A DNA stretch of 64,000 bases from Octopus bimaculoides. Lineage: Eukaryota. Below the pieces are notes generated by a model, which saw nothing but the letters and a program-made list of their open reading frames with translations, was not told where the DNA came from and searched no databases. The DNA lies in assembly GCF_001194135.2 (NCBI RefSeq), contig NC_068982.1:64929839-64993838 (forward strand). The letters run 5' to 3'. Shown here piece after piece: positions 49,561 through 63,260 of the stretch (position 1 is its first letter; every line of letters starts with the position of its first letter). A program made the translations under genes and the position numbers.

Positions 49561-51705
49561 CCTTGCATGGCTTAATGGTTAGAGCATCGAGCTTATGATC
49601 ATGAGGTTGTGAGTTTGATTCCCAGACCGGGTTGTGCGTTGTGTTCATGAGCAAGTCACTTTATTTCACGTTGCTCCAGTTCACTCATCTGTAGAAGTGA
49701 GTTGTGATGTTACTGGTGCCAAGCTGTATTGGCCTTTGCCTTTACCTTGGATAACAATGGTGGCATGGAGAGGGGAGGCTGGTCTTCTATAAACAACCTT
49801 GCCCAGATTTGTGCTTAGTGGGGGAACTTTCTAGCTGCAATCCCATGGTCATTCATGACTGAAGGGGGTCTTTACTTTTTTACTACCACTATGTTTTTGT
49901 CACGGAGAAAATTTTTCACTGTAGACAATTTTCTTTATAACAAAACACAACGAATGGCTTTCTTACAAGCTTGAATATGTTGCAAGCATAAGAAAACAGG
50001 TAGCAACCTTATATTTATACTCACCACTGCTTAGCACTTCCACCTCATAATATCTTGTATATATTTATTTATTATTCATTAACAAGAATAGTATTGACAG
50101 TAACTTTGATGATTTGGTCTGCTTCACCTTCATTGGACTATCATTATCATCATTGTTGTGCATCTGTTTTTTCTGGCATGGGTTGGATGATCTATTCTAT
50201 TGCAGAGTCACACCATTTATTGTGACCCTTTTATCATCAAGATAAATATTTAAAAAAACCTCAAAAAACCCACCAGTCCTTGTTGTTTCATATGCCATCT
50301 GTTTTTGGTGTGTTTTTTAATGGCTGGTCACTCTTCTTGTTGCTATATCATTCATACCCAACTAGAAAGGGCAATAACTTCGAATAAGAAAGACAGTGAT
50401 GACCCATCCAGCCCATGCTAGCAAGGAAAAGTGAATGTAAAATGATAGTAATAATGTTGACATCAACAATGAACTTCGTTTCGTTATCTTGATAGAGGAG
50501 TTGCAGTGATAGTAGAACAGGTTAGAAAAAGATGGAAAACCCATTTGCTGGTGGAAGACAGAATTATTTCATGGTTTAGTTACAGAATAGGGAAAAATCC
50601 CCTCACATGTGAAAGGATAGATTATTATTGGACACTGGAATGCATTGACAATGAACTGTTTAAGAAGTTCATCTTCACAACCAAGCGGTCTTCAGTTTGA
50701 TTGAACTGTACAACACCTTAGGCAAGTGTCTTCTGCCATACCTTTATGCCGACAAATGTCTTAGGAGTGGAAGTTGTTTGATGTGTGGAAACCTGACTGT
50801 GTCTATGTATCTTTCAGACATGTGTTAGAATATAAATATTCTATTAGTTGTCTCAGTCATTGGACTGTGGCCATGCTTGGATGCTACCTTGAAGGGTTTA
50901 ATCGAACAAATCAACCCTGATACTTATTGTTTAAGTCTGGTACTTATTCTGTTGGTCTATTTTGCTGAACTGCTAAGTAATGGGTATGTAAACAAGCCAA
51001 CACAAGTTAATAAACAGTGTTTGAAGAAGACAAACATAAACACAAAGATACACACACACACACACACACACAGCTGAATTCCATACAGTTTCCATCTTTC
51101 AGATTCACTCACAAGGCTTTGGTTGGCATGGGGCTATAGTAGAAGACACTTGCCCTTGGTGCCATGCAGTGGCACTGAACCTGGAACCATGTGGTTGCAA
51201 AGCAAGCTTCTTCACCACACAGCCATGCCTGTACCTATATTGGTGAAAAAACTACAAATATGGTTCACACATATACTTTTGTATACAAACTACAAGCTTC
51301 TTTTTACTTTCTGTCTACCAAATTCCACTCACAGGATTTTCAATAGCCCGTGGCTATACTGGAAGACACTTGCTCAAGGTGCCATGCTGTGAGACTAAAC
51401 CAAAGACCACATGGTCATGAAGCAGTCTTCTTAACCACACAGTCTTGTTTGTACTTATCCACACCTTCACCTTTATACACCACACCTGCCCAATATAAAA
51501 TTAAAATAAATAACCACAAATAATGCATCATGTAAAGATAAGACTAAAATTTATAAATTCTGTGCAATGTTTTTTGCGATATTCAATATTACAAACATTG
51601 ATATGAGACAGAAAAGTGAAATCTTAGAATCCTGGTATGCCCCTACCCAATATGCTTCTTTGTCTAATCACATTAAATTAGTGGATTAGAGTGTTATATC
51701 CTTAT

Positions 51706-52086
51706 CTTGGCACTCCGTTGCTTACGACGTCGAGGGTTCCAGTTGATCCGATCAACAGAACAGCCTGCTCGTGAAATTAACGTGCAAGTGGCTGAGCACT
51801 CCACAGACACATGTACCCTTAACGTAGTTCTTGGGGATATTCAGCGTGACACAGTGTGACAAGGCTGATCCTTTGAATTACAGGCACAACAGAAACAGGA
51901 AATAAGAGTGAGAGAAAGTTGTGGTGAAAGAGTACAGCAGGGTTCACCACCATCCCCTGCCGGAGCCTCGTGGAACTTTAGGTGTTTTCGCTCAATAAAC
52001 ACTCACAACGCCCGGTCTGGGAATCGAAACCACGATCCTATGACCGCGAGTCTGCTGCCCTAACCACTGGGCCATTGTGCCTCCAC
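51706..52086 (-). mobile_element. Family B SINE, copy 4 (antisense)
   Basis: Reverse complement of family B. An 11-bp TSD TATATCCTTAT lies at 51695-51705 and 52087-52097. Confidence 0.9.
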
Positions 52087-52834
52087 TATATCCTTATAAT
52101 AATGCATTTAATTAAATACTTGGGAGGAGGATCCTTGTGCTTCAAGGATGTGGTAGGTGTGTACCATGAACATGTAATTAATATATTGGTAGAGGTTAAA
52201 AGAGACAGCAACAATATGTATTCAAGTCCAAATGCAATAGTGAAAAGTAAGGACTAGATATGATACCTATTTATAGTTATGACTTTCATCCCTCTTTCAC
52301 TTTACAAACAAACTACTACACTGCAAAGAAGTTCCACAAAATAGCAAAGTACAATGATTTGAAGATATAAATAACAAAACTGTTGCAACATAAAAAAAAC
52401 AAACAAAGCAAGACAAGAACCAACAACAATTCCTGTAGTGTTTATTGTGCTTGGGTTAATGAGAAAATGTGCCGACCAGTCTGTCAAATAGCTGGCAACA
52501 AGTTGCATGAAATACAAAACATTTCTCCTTAACTGCACTGCTCATTATACTTTTCAGAGAGCATTGTCTTCATGAAAGACCTTGTACATTATATATTTTC
52601 TTAAATGTTGTATTGTATTTTTGCTTTGTCTACTTTTGTTTTAGTTGTTTTTTTAGTTAGTTATTTATATGTGTGTGGTTCGTATGTAGCATGTATATTA
52701 TGTAACATTGTAGTTAACCCTTCAGCCAAGATAGTACCGTCATACTTAATGAGGAAAAAGAAAAAAAATTGAATTAATTAATGAAAGTCAGGTGTACACA
52801 GCTGAGGCAATATTTAATTAAAATAGCTATCTAT

Positions 52835-53220
52835 TTGTTGTTGGCACTCCGTTGCTTACGACGTCGAGGGTTCCAGTTGATCCGATCAACGGAACAGCCT
52901 GCTCATGAAATTAACGTGCAAGTGGCTGAGCACTCCACAGACACGTGAACCCTTAACGTAGTTCTTGGGGATATTCAGCGTGACACAGTGTGACAAGGCT
53001 GACCCTTGGAATTACAGGCACAACAGAAACAGGAAGTAAGAGTGAGAGAAAGTTGTGGTGGAAGAGTACAGCAGGGTTCACCACCATCCCCTGCCGGAAC
53101 CTCGTGGAGCTTTAGGTGTTTTCACTCAATAAACACTCACAACGCCCGGTCTGGGAATCGAAACCGCGATCCTATGACCGCGAGTCCACTGCCCTAACCA
53201 CTGGGCCATTGTGCCTCCAC
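52835..53220 (-). mobile_element. Family B SINE, copy 5 (antisense)
   Basis: Reverse complement of family B. A 12-bp TSD ATAGCTATCTAT lies at 52823-52834 and 53221-53232. Confidence 0.9.
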
Positions 53221-54629
53221 ATAGCTATCTATATATCATATATATTGTGTATGTAATGTTGATAGTACAAATACTGCAGCAACTGGCCTGAGATAGCATC
53301 ACTTATGGACTTGTTTTCAAAACATAATAAATACCAGAGAGAGACAGAAATTACACCCAGCACCTACCAGCAAGAGCACCAGATTCATTTTGGACTTACT
53401 GAGCTTTTGCAATGGTGCATACTTGCAGCCAGCCACATGCTTGGACAAAAATTCATGATCTCTGCTATAGGGAAAAATGAATAAAACATTCAATTATGTT
53501 ACGAAAAGGCCCTTAAATGCCAAAATGCATCTGGCTTCACACTGGCTGCTGCTGCTGCAGCTGGTATGAATTTTTTTGTCTCACTTTCTCTGATATTTAT
53601 TGCATTTTAATACAAAATGTTCATAAGAGATGTTATCTTAAAACAAATATGGCAATAACTGGCTATCAACTGTGTATACATTAAGTATGATACACAGATG
53701 GCTATTTTAATTAATAAAAGTTATGTAATGAAATGGCAAAATATTAGCACAATATAATGGTGCTAACTTTACTGTTCATTTGTGCTGATGGTGTCTCTAA
53801 TTTTCCTCAGTAACTTAGGATAATTTTTGATGCTTACTTTTGTTTGTTATTGTACACCAGTATAGTGATTCTTTAACCTGTTTGGCAAATACAGTACTGA
53901 ATATGCTTCTCCAAGGTGTGATAAACACTGAAACATGCCTAGTGTTGTCTCCTCTTCTTGTCAAAATCAGATGTTATCAGTATTGGTCATTGAGCAACTT
54001 TATAATTCTCCTCACTACATAGTTTTATTAGATGGTTTAAAATTTTTTTTTTCCTTCCTACATAATGTATGACAGCACTAACTTCACTTATTTTGTGAAG
54101 TTAGTGCGGAGTCATTTCACTTGTTCCTAGATGATGACACTGGAAATGATGCATACAGATAATGAATTAAAGTGAAAAAATATATATATGATAATGATCA
54201 TCATTGTTTTAACTTCTGCTTTTCCATGCTTTCATGGGTTGGATGAAGTTTATTGAAGTAGAATTTCTACGACTAGACACCCTTCTTATTGTCAACCTTC
54301 ATTTGTTTCTTAGTAAGATATTTATTTCCCCATGGCCAGACATGTTTTTGCAGAATATTGGAAGTTTATGACACTTTGTGTGACAGTCTTGTTTACAACT
54401 AGCACAATGTCAAGACTAGATGACACAAACATACATATTATATATATAATGGGCTTCTTTCAGTTTCTCACTTCCCCAAGGTGCCATGCAGTGGGACTGA
54501 ACCAGAATCCATGTGGTTGGGAAGCAAACTTCTTAACCACACAGCCTTGCTTGCACCTATTTATAATGATAATAGTAATAATAGGAAAATAAATGATTTT
54601 AAAAAATCACTTTTGATTTTTGTTTTCAG

Positions 54630-54734
54630 CTCCTCAACCGAGAGCGTGAAGAGAACCGACGCCTTATAAAATTACTTGATGACAAAGATCGACGGATTGC
54701 TGAGTTAGAAAAAGAAATAGCACTTCTGAACAAG
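54630..54734 (+). CDS. PAWR: 105-nt coiled-coil/leucine-zipper exon (LLNREREENRRLIKLLDDKDRRIAELEKEIALLNK), phase 0-0
   Basis: Acceptor tttgttttcag and donor AAG|gtaaga. The 35 aa align without gaps to the Par-4 C-terminal segment EVVRERQENLRLVRLMQDKEEMIGKLKEEIDLLNR (human sequence from memory). Confidence 0.9.
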
Positions 54735-57700
54735 GTAAGATGATAGATACTTGTGATCATCTTCAAACAGTGTCAGTCGTAACAGATTTATAGATGATTC
54801 TTTGAAAAGATTTTCCTGTGTTGGCCAATTTTTCAGGAAATTTATTTCCCAAGATTAAAGGAGTTGAAAGTATGTCATAGATTAAATATATACTGTCCTG
54901 AAAATTTGCCAGAAATAAAATATATGGATCCCAATTGTACATTCAGGCATCTAATTATACTGTCTCCAAAATATACTTTCATAAAAATTGTCTTAGAAAT
55001 ATATATAATCATATAAAATATATTGTCCTGTAAATATTCATCAGGTAAATAATATTGTTTTGAAAATATAAATTAAATGGAATATATATTTTCTGTAAAA
55101 TTTACAACAAATACATTAATTATACTTATAAGTAAAATTCAACTGAAATTATTTCAATATTTTTTTTTTCTTATTTAAGTAACTTTGTATCTTATGTTTG
55201 TTTTAATGAATTAAGGTAGTTATATTAGTTAATGGATATATTCTGATATTTATGTTGAACATATTTTACTTTAAAAAAGTTATTTAAAAAAGATTATAAT
55301 TAGTGAAGAGTTTTATAGTTTGCTTGAAGCATTGTGATACAGAAATAAGTATTCTGATCATGGGTCTTTAAAGGTTATTCAATTTTCCTCTATGCATTGT
55401 TAGAAGCTCTTCTCCTTTCCTTTTTGGTTTATTATAATTAGTGTTGAAGTGGAAAAAATGCATAATTTTGAACAGTGACAATGCAAGGCTTGAGAGGGCT
55501 CTTTAGTGTTGGTGATGGCAAAGTAACAACTATAGTGGTACACTCTGTAAAGTGTCAGGTATTAGGAAGGGTATCCAAATGTAGAAACCATACCAGAAAT
55601 TGAGACTTTAGAGGAAAATGGTCCTCCTATCTGTTGAATCCTGTCAAACTGTCCTACCCATGGCTGCAAGGAAAGTGAATGTAAAATAATGCTGATGGTG
55701 ATTTAGTTTATGATACTTAGTAATGAAAAAATAAAAACATAATGATAGTTGTTACTATAAAACTATGAAACAACTACAGCAGAATTGTTTGTTCTTTTTT
55801 TTTTTACTAGTAAGGTTGAGGTGTTTAAATATATTGATGTGGTTACCTGTATCATAATGTCTTGAAATAAGTATCGCAGATGGAACATTCATGATCTAGT
55901 ATTTTATCCATGAGTGGAGGTGCATAGCTTAGTGGTTAGGGTGTTGGACTCATAAGATTGTGGTTTCGATTCCTGGACCAGGTGACGCACTGTGTTCTTG
56001 AGCAAAACACTTCATTTCACATTGCTCCAATCCACTCAGCTGGCAAAAATGAGTAATCCTGCAATGGACCAGCATCCCATCCAGGTGGGATATATATATT
56101 CCATGAAACTGGGAAACTGGCCCTTATCAGTCAGTATGACTCGAGAAAGTAACCTTACCTTTTTTTATACTTATCCATGGTAACTTATTTGCAGTTAGGG
56201 AGTCTAAACTTGTGAAGACTGTTTGTTGTCCAGTGCCTTAGTGATCTGAGTTCAGACCCTGCCAGTTTAACTTTGCCTTATATCATTCCAGTGTTGACAA
56301 AATGCCATTATAAATTCCACTAATTATACCTGCAAAAATGAACTTTCTTGCCCAGACGAATCAATAAATTATATTGATCATATGTCCTGAAAATATTCAA
56401 ATTAAATAAATAGTAGTTTAGTATTATTATGAGTGATCTTCTATAGCAAAAATATGTAATTTCTTGACCGCCAAAATCTATTACTTAATTTGTGAAGATT
56501 TTCTTTCAAATGGCCTTATTTATACAAAATCATATTGTAAAAAATAAGAAAATAATCATGCTTTTCTATCTGTTAGTCTGATATCTAAAATATTACACAG
56601 CATGATACATGGGAAAATTATCAGTTATTACTGTGTTACATATTCTACAGATGGAATATACCATTTGCTTAGTGTAAAGTTTTATTTCATATTTATTTTA
56701 TATCTTCTCAGTGACTAAAATCGTAATGAATCCTTTAAACAAATATTTTTACAATGTCCGTATAGAAATTTCTAGAAATTTGTGTTTGCTTCGTCTTCAA
56801 TTTTTTTTGCCTGTTTTCCCTGTACAGCAACACTGACCAATACATGTGGAATATGCAGGTAAAAAAAATTTCACCTGCATGGATTGAATATTAGTGGAAC
56901 ATCAGTGTGTGTAGTTGTGTGACTAAACTGCAGCATGTCCACTTGTAAACCATCTTGCTTGATATTTGCCTTGCCCAGACTACTTCTTATTGTTGTTGTT
57001 ATTATATAGTCCCAGGTCAGCCCTGAGCAAGCAGTCACTTCCACCTTACTGCCTTGCCAGGCTGCATATCTTTCTCCCTCTTTCTTTCTATATACATCTC
57101 TTTCTCTACCCTCTTCCTTTCTCTCACTTTATCAATCTGTGTTGTATATATAATTCTGTCATGGTTGTATATATTTGTTAAAATAAAACACTTATGGTTT
57201 GTTTTGTTTTAAGTACCCCTCAGCTGTAAGGAAGGTAGCTTGAGAAGCTGCATTTTTAATGTGTTTCCAAAGTGCATTAGCAATGTCAATAAAGTTGAAT
57301 ACTTTACTCACTAGAAACCTGCTACTGCACCTTGCAATCCACCACCCTCACTAAGGAAAATATTTTCCCCAGAATTTAACATTTATTTAATGGAGTTTCA
57401 CCCAAGGTGACAACACAAATATATAGAATCTTTTAAATAGTTTATAATGGGAAACTAATTTCAACTGAGTTACTTCACTCTTGTCAGTATGTGATTACAT
57501 TTCTAATGAAATACTCTACCGTGTTTTAGTTAATTTTGAAAATAATCAAGTGGAAGGATATAGTAAAATAATGAAAGTATTAAGCAGGTGTTTGGAACAT
57601 AAATTAATAAAAAAGTTTTGCATAAAAATTATGATACAAGGTTTTAATTTAAATACTGTGAATCAGACAGTTTTATGCCATAAGACCAGTATTTGTTTCA

Positions 57701-59990
57701 GGCAAGAGGTATTGTGTTAAAGAGTGGAATTGTCATTATTCGCTTTATGTTCAATGCTGTCAGTAGTACAGCAATATTATTCTACATGTTTCTGCACCTA
57801 ACACAGCACCAATCATACACTGGGTTTTATACCTGAATCTCTTTCCTATTGTTAATTGTGGGTATAATGCTGAACTGCTATAGTTATTGTGATATCAGCT
57901 CTAAAATAGTTTTCTGATCAATCTAAGTCTGTGTGCAGATATGTATGTATGCATGCACATGCTTTTGTGTGTGAGTGTGTATGTGCACATGTGCATGCTT
58001 GTATTTAGGTTGAAACAAAATGAATCAGATGCATTGTTTTCTTTCCTTTATCTGTGTTTGTTTTAAATGTTTGAATACAAAGCCTACTGATGTTTATTTC
58101 GACACTAAAAACAGAAGCATGTTTTTTAGCTACAAAAAGAATAGGAGTGTTATTTAAAATTCTGTAAACATATCTGAATATAAAGAGATCAACCTTTTCT
58201 TATTTTGTGGCACAAAAATGACAAGCTGGTTTGTGAAGTCGAGACAGACTAATGAATCTTCATGTAATATTTGAGATTCAGCTTGTTTCTTTTGCTTAAG
58301 TCTTGTTTTATTCATCTGAAGCATTGATTAATTAAATGTGGTTGTTATTATTTAGCCATGAAGGTGTGTGGTTAGGGGGTTCAGCTTGTGATCCTTAGGA
58401 TGCGAGTTCAATTCCTGGACCAGGCAGTGTGTTCTATCCTTGAGCAAGGTACTTTATTTCACATTGCTTCAATCTATTCAGCTGCAATAAATACCAGCTG
58501 AGTGCTAGTGTAGCCCTCTTTTCTTCCATCTGCCACATTTTGTTTGTGCCTGCTCATGATTACACAGGAATCCAAAACAATTATTGAAAGCATGGTACAT
58601 GCTACCAAACCAGACTTGCTTGTGAGTGTCAGCTGGTGGCACCTTATTATTTTGCACCAGGTCAACTTTGGTCAAACAGACCTATAATAGAAGTCATTTC
58701 ATTCTGGAATGAAGTAATTGGGTGTGGCTCTTTGGATGCTGTCTTGTTAATAATAAACTCTATCTTTTGAATGTTAAACTTTAGGACATGATGCCCTACA
58801 ACAAAGATGAATTAATCATCAGTAGAAACAGTGATTAAATGCTTTGTTTGATTAATTACCCCACTGTCATGGGTTATCTCAAGCAGAACTTAACTTCAGT
58901 TATTCATTAACAACAAATGATGAATGTAAAGCAATAAAGAAAAATATATGGTTTTCTTTTTTTGTATCTGAATTAAGATTTTATCATATGAAACATTATC
59001 GTATGAACACAATCAATGAAGAAAATAATAATTTAGTTAGAGTTACTCTACTGTAATAATACATTGTAGCCAGAGAGACTAGACTGTTGATGAGTCCAGT
59101 CTCTTGGAAATTATGAAACTTACTGAGGTTGATTAAGTTTGTAATCCTTCACAAATCAAAATCTAAAATAGATTTTAAACAAATCATATCTTGTGGAGTT
59201 TTCATTTTTAGATTTTTTTATTTTCATTCTCAGTACATAATTAACTAACTCTTTGGCATCTATGTATTTCCTGCTAATTGATGAGGTACTTCCCTCAGTA
59301 CTACACTTCTCTCAGCAGAGGAGTTGTGTCTTGCAAGTTACTTGGTGACCTCACTGGTGCTGGTGCCACTCTGTAAAGTGGTTGGTGTTAGAAAGGGCAT
59401 CTAGTCATAGAAACTGTCAAAGCAAACACTGAAGCTTGGTGCAGTCCTCTGGCCCACCACTTCCTGTCAAACTGTCCAATCCATATCAGCAAGGAAAAAT
59501 AGACATCAAATGGTAATGATGATCATAATAACTTTTGATATAAGGCATTGAATCTAAGATTTTAAAGTGAGAACTTGGGTCTTCATAAAGCAAAAAGAGT
59601 TTATACATGTAAAATCTAAAATCACCTATCCAACAATATACAAATGTCAGCATTTGCAACAAAAACTACCTCCTTGACTTTTAGTATGAAAAAAAAATGG
59701 ATAAGAAGCAGTACAAAGACAAATATCGTAGAAATATTTGAAATACTTCATTGTCAAAACAGCTACTGACAATATAGTTTGCTGAAATACATTCTACATG
59801 AAAGCATTGTTCACATATGTAGGATTCTGCACCCACTAAACACACATACACACTTCTGCAGTGTATTTTTTTTTAAATGTCAACTACAATATTGGCAAGT
59901 CATTATTCATCAACACTTTACAGTTATGATATAGTTGTGTCCTCTCTTTCCTATGGCTTCAATATCAATCTTTGTCTCTGATCTTGCTTA

Positions 59991-60025
<35 letters not shown>

Positions 60026-60026
<1 letters not shown>

Positions 60027-60372
60027 GAAATCGTGATGGCACCTGTGCCCAGCGTCGCCTTCCTGGCACGTGTAAAGACATTCGAGCGAGATCGTTGCCA
60101 GTGCCACTGGACTGGCTCCTGTGCAGGTGGCATGTAAAATACACCATTTTGAGCATGGCCGTTGTCAGTACCACCTGACTGGCCTTTGTGCCGGTGGCAC
60201 GTAAAAGCACCCACTACACTCTCTGAGTGGTTGGCATTAGGAAGGGCATCCAGCTGTAGAAACTCTGCCAGATCAGATTGGAGCCTGGTGTAGCCATCTG
60301 GTTCACCAGTTCTCAGTCAAATCGTCCAACTCATGCTAGCATGGAAAACGGACGTTAAACGATGATGATGAT
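60026..60372 (+). mobile_element. Copy of the 66-bp-unit retroposon family flanked by (TA)n on both sides
   Basis: Units at 60094 and 60161 (period 67); tail ends ggacgttaaacgatgatgatgat. Confidence 0.8.
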
Positions 60373-62329
60373 ATATATATATATATAAATCACCACCAGC
60401 CTACACTCGTTGCACACAATTGATCTAAATGAGGAGTGGGAAGAAATATAAATAAATGGAAAATTTTAAGTCTTTTTTTTTTTTTTTTTTTTTGAAAGTG
60501 AAACTAACAAAGATCCAATGATCATGAAAATCACTTCATTAAAGATAAGGCCTTAGATTCATGGGAGGAGGAGGGAGAGAGTAGGGGGTCAAGGGTGGGG
60601 TGAATTTAAAATTGTAGTAGTAATCATCTTTTCCAATGATATCAGCTGAGTGACTAAAGTCAGATCTCAATAAAAATAGAAATTGGATCAATGGCTTCCA
60701 GTTGCCAAGAGTTTGCTCTGGCACTGTTTTTCTTATTTATAGTGTGTGTATATAATTCTCCACTGCCATCTTCTCTCCTTTTCTGGCTGGGATAGCCACT
60801 ACAGCATGACACCTGTTCCTATCTTTTTATCATATTCTTGCTTCTCAGCATCTGGCATATACCACCTCCCCCAATACTACACTTCCTCTCAAAGGGTCTT
60901 GTTATTGCGAGCTACCTTGTGACTTCATTGGTGCTGGCGAGAGAGAGAGACACACACAACACACACAGAGAGTATATTCTGTAAAGTTGCTGGTGTTTGG
61001 AAGGGTTTCCAACTGCAGAAACAATGCCAAAACACATTGGGACTTGATGCAGTCCTCTAACCTGTTGAGCCCCATCAAACCATGCCAGCATGGAAAATGG
61101 ATGCTAAATAACGATGATTTTATTGTATATCGTAATAAGTCAAGTAAAGGAAGCTAACAATGATAACCCAAAATGCATGCACAGTACACAGAATAAAACA
61201 CAAAACAGAAAAGTGAACAGTAAAAAGAGCCATAAAAGGGAAAAGGTATGTAGATACATGAGGAATATCAAGAAGCATGGAATTTTTGAATGATGTATGT
61301 ATGGATTTTATGGAACCCTTAGAATATATATATATATATATGTGGTAAATGAGAGATAGAAGATACAAGAATTCTTATTAATCACTACAATTGTTTTGGC
61401 ACATCTAGTATCAATCCCTCATAGATGGGATACTTAGCAACTGGTTCAGGAGCATCTGACGGTGCAGATGTGTTCCTTCGAGTGATAGATATAACTCGTT
61501 AAAATAACAGTTTTGCTATGTATCTTCTCATTTCATGTAAAGAAAAGCAGCAAATTAAAAGATATAGCTTCGTTAATATAGAAGATCAATAATAAAATAA
61601 CATGCAAAAAAAGAAACACATGCAATACAACAAAAAAAGTATATGTTCACACACATGCACACATCATTTTAATTGTTTCAGTAGAATGCTACAAGTTCTC
61701 TAAGACTTCTTTTTTTTAGACTATCCCTCTAATAATGAACCTACTTTCATGAAGCACTTTGGTCTTTAGTATTATAACAGGAGGCAATTGGCAGAATTGT
61801 TAGTGCTAGATAGAATGCCTCACAGTATTTGTTCCCATTCTCTGTGTTCTGAGTTCAAATTCCATCAAGGTCCACTTTGCCTTTCAACCTTTAAGAGTTG
61901 ATTAAAAAATTTCTAATATTGAATGTTGACAGGTGGAAATTTAATTGTAATTGGTTTGACTGTTTTCTGAGTTCAGATCCTGCCATGGCCTATTTTGATA
62001 GTAGTTAATCCTTCACCTGATTTAGCTCCACCTATTAGCACTTTAGGTACCTTAAGCAGAGTCCATTTTGTTGCAAGCATTTCAGCCAGACCTCCAGTGT
62101 GAGGATACCCTTATTTATAAGTGACATCTGCTCTGTGTATCTATGATTTTTAACTTAAAACAGAAGTATTTCCAACATTTGTATAGTTTATTTGATAAAC
62201 ATCTTTTGTGACCTATAGTGATTTTACCTCAAATCGTTTTTATTTTTTATGTGCATGCCTGAGGTAAATAATTTGTTGGGAATGTTATTTTGATCTTTCA
62301 TAATTTGTGACAGTTTATCAAGTTAGTGG

Positions 62330-62530
62330 CAATAATGTATTAACAACCAATAACAACAATTTCTAGTTAATAGTAACTATTTAATGGCAGTTAGCAACAA
62401 CATATTAACAGCCAATAGCAATATGTATATATTTTTAAGTCAATAGCAACAATTTATTAAACAGCTAATTGCAACAAAATATCACCAGGCAAGAGTAATG
62501 ATATATTAACAGTCAATAGCAACAAGATTG
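62330..62530. repeat. Degenerate ~26-bp minisatellite (TATTAACAGYCAATAGCAACAA-like)
   Basis: ttaaca..caatagcaac recurs 6-7 times. Confidence 0.55.
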
Positions 62531-63087
62531 CATTGGGAAAAATGAACAGCAATGTATATAAGGCTTTGCTGTGATGGATTGACATCAGCTGATAAGCTTC
62601 TCAACAAACGAGTAATCAGTGCATAGGGTATCAGAAAAACCTATCACTCGATTGTTAGACTTGTGACAGGCATGCAACATCTTGTAAATGTGAGATAGCA
62701 TATGAGAGAGAGAGAGAGAGATTATATACATGGTTTACTAAAAACATCATCTACTTATCTTATGTTGAACACGAGTGGAGTTTTGTAATTTTTGCATGTG
62801 AAGGTTGTTGCTGATGTGATTATTGTTGTTAATTTGTCTGCTGATGTTGTCTGTATTCAATCCAAAATATTTCCAAGAATTCTTTCTGCTCTTTTATCTC
62901 AGGATTTATTCAAAAAAAAAAAAAAAACTATTGTATTAACCACCTGTAATATACAGGTTTCTATGTTCTACCTTAAGTGCTTTCTGAATAATTGGATTTT
63001 AATATTATTATATTATAATTACCATTATTATTATTATTATTACATCTGACTTGAGCATGAAGCCAACAATTTTAAGGGAAATACAAT

Positions 63088-63260
63088 GCCAGTACTTGAC
63101 TAGTACTTTATTTTATCAACTCTCAAAAGGATGAAAGGCAAAGTTGACCTTAGTGGGATTTTCCAATTGCTTTTTACATTCTGAGCTGAAACCCCATTGA
63201 GGTCAACTTTGCCTTTCATCTTTTTAGGGTTGGTAAAATAAAATAGTCTTTAAATACTGG
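63088..63260. repeat. Head-to-head inverted pair of family D SINE fragments (arms ~70 bp, spacer ~27 nt)
   Basis: gatgaaaggcaaagttgacct (63130-63150) and aggtcaactttgcctttcatc (63200-63220) form a perfect 21-bp inverted core. Confidence 0.75.
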
